DNA from: Leptogorgia sarmentosa
Taxonomy: Eukaryota
Reading direction: 5' to 3'
NCBI GenBank assembly: GCA_964658305.1
Contig: OZ210884.1
Location: 1,674,001 to 1,738,000, forward strand
DNA length: 64,000 nt
Positions 61,001 to 64,000 of this stretch are shown here, piece by piece. The position numbers were made by a program, and so were the translations under genes. Position 1 is the stretch's first letter. Every line of letters starts with the position of its first letter. Under the pieces are notes generated by a model. It saw nothing but the letters and a program-made list of their open reading frames with translations. It did no database searches and was not told the DNA's origin.

Positions 61001-64000
61001 GGTACGTGCGTTAAAAACCGAAGGCAATGCGAAAACGGATTTATTACATCGCTTTGTTTTAACTTTGTAGAAAAAACCAGAAAATATTTTGGCTTGTGGA
61101 ACTTTCAGCCGTATACATGCACTTGCATACTGCATGGCGGTTTCATTGCTGTAAAAGAACAAAACAATAAACATGCATAATGCATAGTGCAAAGGAAAAT
61201 AATTTATAATGTAAATGTTGTGATAAACAACAAACGTTCGATGCGAAATGAAGCCATTAAATGCTGTGAAAACAATGTTCGCAACATTTTTCGAACTGTT
61301 GCTTTGTTCGGCGTTATTTTCATTTTAAAACTTAGCATTTTCGGTCGTTTGTTTTTCTGGGACAGTAAAATTCTACCGGGGAGTGTTCTTCATCGTCACG
61401 GTACGGCATAATAACATTCTGTTTCCTTAAAAAAAATATTTGTACAGTAGTTTCATGAGCAGGGAAGATGAATATGCGAGCGGGCAAGATGACTTTCCTA
61501 AGCGGGCAAAATCACATTTTCCAGTCCTCTAATCGACCAATCAGCGTGCGCCATGCATTTATTTCAGCATATAATAAACCTAATTCTGTTGTGACCTTGC
61601 ATTTGTAAAATTATTATAATTATGTGCTTATACGGCTTTTCCCAGGTCATGCACAACTGTAGTTACTTTCCTTGGTGTTTTTAAATCGAACTTGCTGAAT
61701 TACTACTCTGTATCGTTGAACATTGATAATTACAATCTTGAATACTCCTGAACATTTAAGATTATATGTTTAAAAATTAATGTGATTGTGTTGGTAGCCT
61801 TTCACGTCCGATATTGTGTTGTTGTATAATATTTCGACATTTTAAAATGATTATTTCCCTTTATTATAATCAAATACACAATCTACCTTCCTTTGGGACA
61901 TCCAAGAAACATTCACAACAAAATAGCGACAACATAGCTACTTATTGAAGTTTATATATTTATTAAACTTAATTGCAATTATGTTGTATATGGCAGTTGT
62001 ATATGGCAGGGCTAACACAACAGTATTACATCAATTACTGTGGACCTTTTAACTTCTCCAACATAAATTGATTTTCGAACTTAAATAAAAACAGAAATAT
62101 AATACAACCGAAAATCAGAAAAATCTCACATCAATCTCGGCACTCGATGATTTAAAATGCCTAAAATGCAAACGTCAGTCGAGATTTCGAGTTAGATATT
62201 TCGAGTTAGATACATGTTCGCCACATTCACAGTTCACAATAGGGGGACTTATAGCTACGACAAAATAACTCGCGACTTTGAATCACACAAGATGCGACTA
62301 TCGTCCGACCTAAACACGCCTATATAGCCTAAACGGTATAAAATGCGTGCATGCGTGTCTTGGCTAGACAGTCTCGTATAAATACACCAAAATGGTCAAA
62401 GATGCATCGCGACATATTTACTATTTTATTTTTAAAAGTACGTTGTTTTCAACATTGGTGGAAGTAACATGTTGTAGGCCAATGTGGGCGGGCTCTTTTG
62501 ATCGGACGAACTATACCTTAATTTAATACAAGCAAACTAACCTGGTCTAAAATCATCTCCATTTCATTTGAACAATCCGGTGGTTATTCCTGCTATGTTT
62601 TTTTTGTTCTTTAGGTTTCCTATTACATTCATGAAAGTTCTGTCGGTGGTGACTTAAGTCGAGTGAAAAGTGTCGAACGAAAGGGAACGAGAGACTCGGA
62701 TTGGGATTCAGGATACGGTAGTGACTCGGGTGGCGGCGGGACAGTGGGGATGCTAAGGTAGGTAAAACGATCATTTGAAACATTTTAGTCCATAGATATA
62801 TGTTATTTACCGGCTGGGAGGTCCGTACGGACCGACCTAAACGGTGAAAAATAGATTTATTTTTCTCTCCTCGATGTTATGATAAAATTCGTCAAAAATT
62901 CCAGTGTTGCGTAGTAGATTTTGAGATCAGTTTGTTTGTTTACTTTGCTACTCAATCGCAAGTATGGCTGCTGAACAGCCAAGACGAAGTGAGAAAAAAC
63001 CCTTCAATATTTAGACGCATTTTCTTCAATATTCACGCTCTTTCACTCAAAATTAAAATGAAAAAGGTGGACTTATTAAAATTATTTATTTTCCTGGTCG
63101 TTTCACGATACAAACATGGGTAAAATACGCTTTAGACACCGAAATATTTCGCCGAGAATGTTTTGTTTTGTTGCCATTCTGATGAGACGTGTTTTTGTCG
63201 CTGTAAATACCCCCGAAATAACCCTTAGCATAATAAAATGAACTTTCATGTGTTCTTTATCGCCTAAATTCGTTTTGAATGTTTTAATAAGCGGCCATTC
63301 AATTTTAAAAAAACAAAAACATTGACTATATTTCTATTTAATCTACGAGAATGCGAGCCGTCCGTACGTAGGATACGGACCTCTCGCCAACCAATCAGAA
63401 AGCTCTATTTAGGTTACGAACCTGGAAAAAAATAATTTATGATATTATAGAATGTTCATATTAATTATGTGATGCGAATTGCCAAATCTTCCATATTCAT
63501 TGCTTATTTTTACTCGCTAGACAAATCGACAAACGATTTGGTGTCGTTACATCATTCCAAGGCACTTACGTATCCAATCGATGGTCAATTGAATTGTCTA
63601 ATGATACTAATGTTGGTAGGTTTGTCTAGATGTTTTCAATTTTTTTTCACCCCCTAAATTGTTTTTAGTGTTTATGGTGAGACTGTTGAGACTGTGAGGT
63701 GTAATTATAAGGGAATTATAATTAGTAAAACAGATTAAACGTTCGCTGACCAAGATGCCCTTGTTGTCCCTTGTTGTCGTTTTAGAGCTTTGGGCATGTG
63801 TGGATGCGTCGATGTCTCTGTGTTGTACCACAGAAATGTTTCAGTCTTTCTTTATATTTAATTAATACGCTCCTTTCAAAGGCTCCATAATTAATATGTA
63901 GCTATATACCCAATATCTTCATATAGCTACAGCTCAAGGAAGTTCTCCAACGCCGGCGTCGTCCTCAAACAGCAGCATCGAGATCGTTGTAGGAATCACA
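42847..64000 (+). CDS. Multi-exon gene (at least 17 exons, at least 934 aa): signal peptide + 4 x [6-Cys module + beta-rich domain] + S/T stalk + start of probable TM helix; 3' end outside the window
   Basis: All exons listed below are bounded by GT/AG, phase-compatible (1,0,2,1 cycle) and stop-free; they sum to 2802 nt. Confidence 0.88.
43133..43398 (+). CDS. Receptor gene exon 2 (module 1)
   Basis: ccctag|PDAYGCKIV...EIHVLAVY...RPIILVLSSFEAVNWVL...KVIL|gttagt. Confidence 0.9.
44496..44638 (+). CDS. Receptor gene exon 3 (module 1)
   Basis: tttgtag|VAYDILESSVSGNVSRVKNVERIGIKNSEWSCGYGSDLVGCHTVKNL|gtaagg. Confidence 0.88.
44701..45412. mobile_element. Crypton-like insertion found only in duplication unit 1
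   Basis: Absent from units 2 and 3 (empty site ggtacaatataaaatatagaa). Has the ttattatatggc / gccatataataa pair and a terminal hairpin (ggtctgtacgggaaagtattgcct / aggcaatactttcccgtacagacc); no TSD seen. Confidence 0.75.
46566..46669 (+). CDS. Receptor gene exon 4 (module 1)
   Basis: ttgccag|QIHKSFGVVTSFQGTYEKSQWSLELSAFNGSVNN|gtaggt. Confidence 0.88.
47596..47760 (+). CDS. Receptor gene exon 5 (linker + Cys module 2)
   Basis: tttcag|TSINTSILPTVWSKVRRQKCLGDYCLGEYNDMKAVCKDGYCYCNGKDYDYDTCL|gtaagt. Confidence 0.88.
48270..49620. mobile_element. Composite insertion found only in unit 1: ACAC/GTGT-rich element (~48290-48805) plus an element ending in a 190-bp hairpin (49384-49573)
   Basis: Absent from the paralogous introns at ~55650 and ~60370; hairpin arms are aagaaatagataacgagtcgcgtgccattatgctgtt and its reverse complement. 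Confidence 0.75.
49857..50116 (+). CDS. Receptor gene exon 6 (module 2)
   Basis: Paralog of exon 2 with an in-frame net 6-nt loss (VYRAVYNST); AG/GT intact. Confidence 0.88.
51170..51312 (+). CDS. Receptor gene exon 7 (module 2)
   Basis: Paralog of exon 3: ...IQNSEWSCGFGSDSGGCDTVENL. Confidence 0.88.
52121..53480 (+). mobile_element. Helitron/Helentron-like non-autonomous insertion found only in unit 2
   Basis: Inserted in the T-run of gtcgttttttaatg; (agtcatcg)n microsatellite near the 5' end; ends with the small hairpin atccttggat and CTAG; no flanking TSD. Confidence 0.6.
53883..53986 (+). CDS. Receptor gene exon 8 (module 2)
   Basis: Paralog of exon 4: ...FQGTFKKSQW... Confidence 0.88.
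54977..55141 (+). CDS. Receptor gene exon 9 (Cys module 3)
   Basis: Paralog of exon 5; AG/GT intact. Confidence 0.88.
55889..56154 (+). CDS. Receptor gene exon 10 (module 3)
   Basis: Paralog of exon 2; AG/GT intact. Confidence 0.88.
57259..57401 (+). CDS. Receptor gene exon 11 (module 3)
   Basis: Paralog of exon 3: ...SCGYGSDSDGCHTVKNL. Confidence 0.88.
58618..58721 (+). CDS. Receptor gene exon 12 (module 3)
   Basis: Paralog of exon 4: ...FQGTLRKSQW... Confidence 0.88.
59696..59860 (+). CDS. Receptor gene exon 13 (Cys module 4)
   Basis: Paralog of exon 5; AG/GT intact. Confidence 0.88.
60608..60873 (+). CDS. Receptor gene exon 14 (module 4, diverged)
   Basis: ...EVHVLAVYKVINRRPPTAGDSNVNIISRGKSNRAIVLVLGSYEPVNWILDIPYNISISKVIL|gttagt. 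Confidence 0.9.
60912..61577. mobile_element. Crypton-like element; inverted, diverged sibling of 44701-45412
   Basis: Reverse-complement similarity, e.g. gctgtgaaaacaatgttcgcaaca and gagcgggcaagatgactttcct. Confidence 0.7.
62615..62757 (+). CDS. Receptor gene exon 15 (module 4)
   Basis: ctttag|VSYYIHESSVGGDLSRVKSVERKGTRDSDWDSGYGSDSGGGGTVGML|gtaggt; same 143-nt length as exons 3, 7 and 11. Confidence 0.9.
62795..63440. mobile_element. Crypton-like element of the same structural class
   Basis: ttatttaccggctgggaggtccgtacgg start and ccaaccaatcaga near the far end. Boundaries approximate. Confidence 0.5.
63521..63615 (+). CDS. Receptor gene exon 16 (module 4)
   Basis: cgctag|QIDKRFGVVTSFQGTYVSNRWSIELSNDTNV|gtaggt. 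Confidence 0.88.
63927..64000 (+). CDS. Receptor gene exon 17 (partial): S/T/P stalk and start of probable TM helix
   Basis: catatag|ATAQGSSPTPASSSNSSIEIVVGIT, phase-compatible with exon 16. Confidence 0.7.

Overview
This is AT-rich eukaryotic genomic DNA with spliceosomal introns and animal-type transposons; the gene and repeat families suggest an anthozoan cnidarian (inference). Genes: (i) two minus-strand exons of a fibrinogen-related, USOMP5-like secreted protein at the left edge, missed by the ORF track; (ii) a single-exon type II membrane glycosyltransferase-like gene (7795-8670, -); (iii) a possible small orphan ORF (13153-13458, -); (iv) an intronless 741-aa CHAT (caspase-clan) protease with an intact His/Cys dyad (18977-21202, +); (v) a gene of at least 17 exons and at least 934 aa (42847 to beyond 64000, +). 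Gene (v) encodes a signal peptide, four tandem [6-Cys module + beta-rich domain resembling the betaglycan/endoglin orphan domain] units, a Ser/Thr stalk and the start of a probable TM helix. Its modules were multiplied by recent ~4.7-kb intragenic duplications and show excess amino-acid change. The CHAT gene and gene (v) lie downstream of paralogous copies of one ~1.4-kb segment carrying a kB-consensus site, a TATA box and a splice donor. The middle of the window is a nest of mobile elements: an RTE 3' fragment whose ~73-bp TSD is split by a CR1/L2-type LINE; a 5.6-kb AcademH-type foldback element (TAG..CTA ends, 9-bp TSD, RecQ-helicase remnant) filled with two opposed satellite arrays; two TIR elements enclosing a tRNA-like Pol III head plus TTAGGG-like repeats; and hAT, Harbinger, Crypton-like and Helentron-like elements. 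No rRNA, intact tRNA or CRISPR array was found. All alignments and counts were done by eye.
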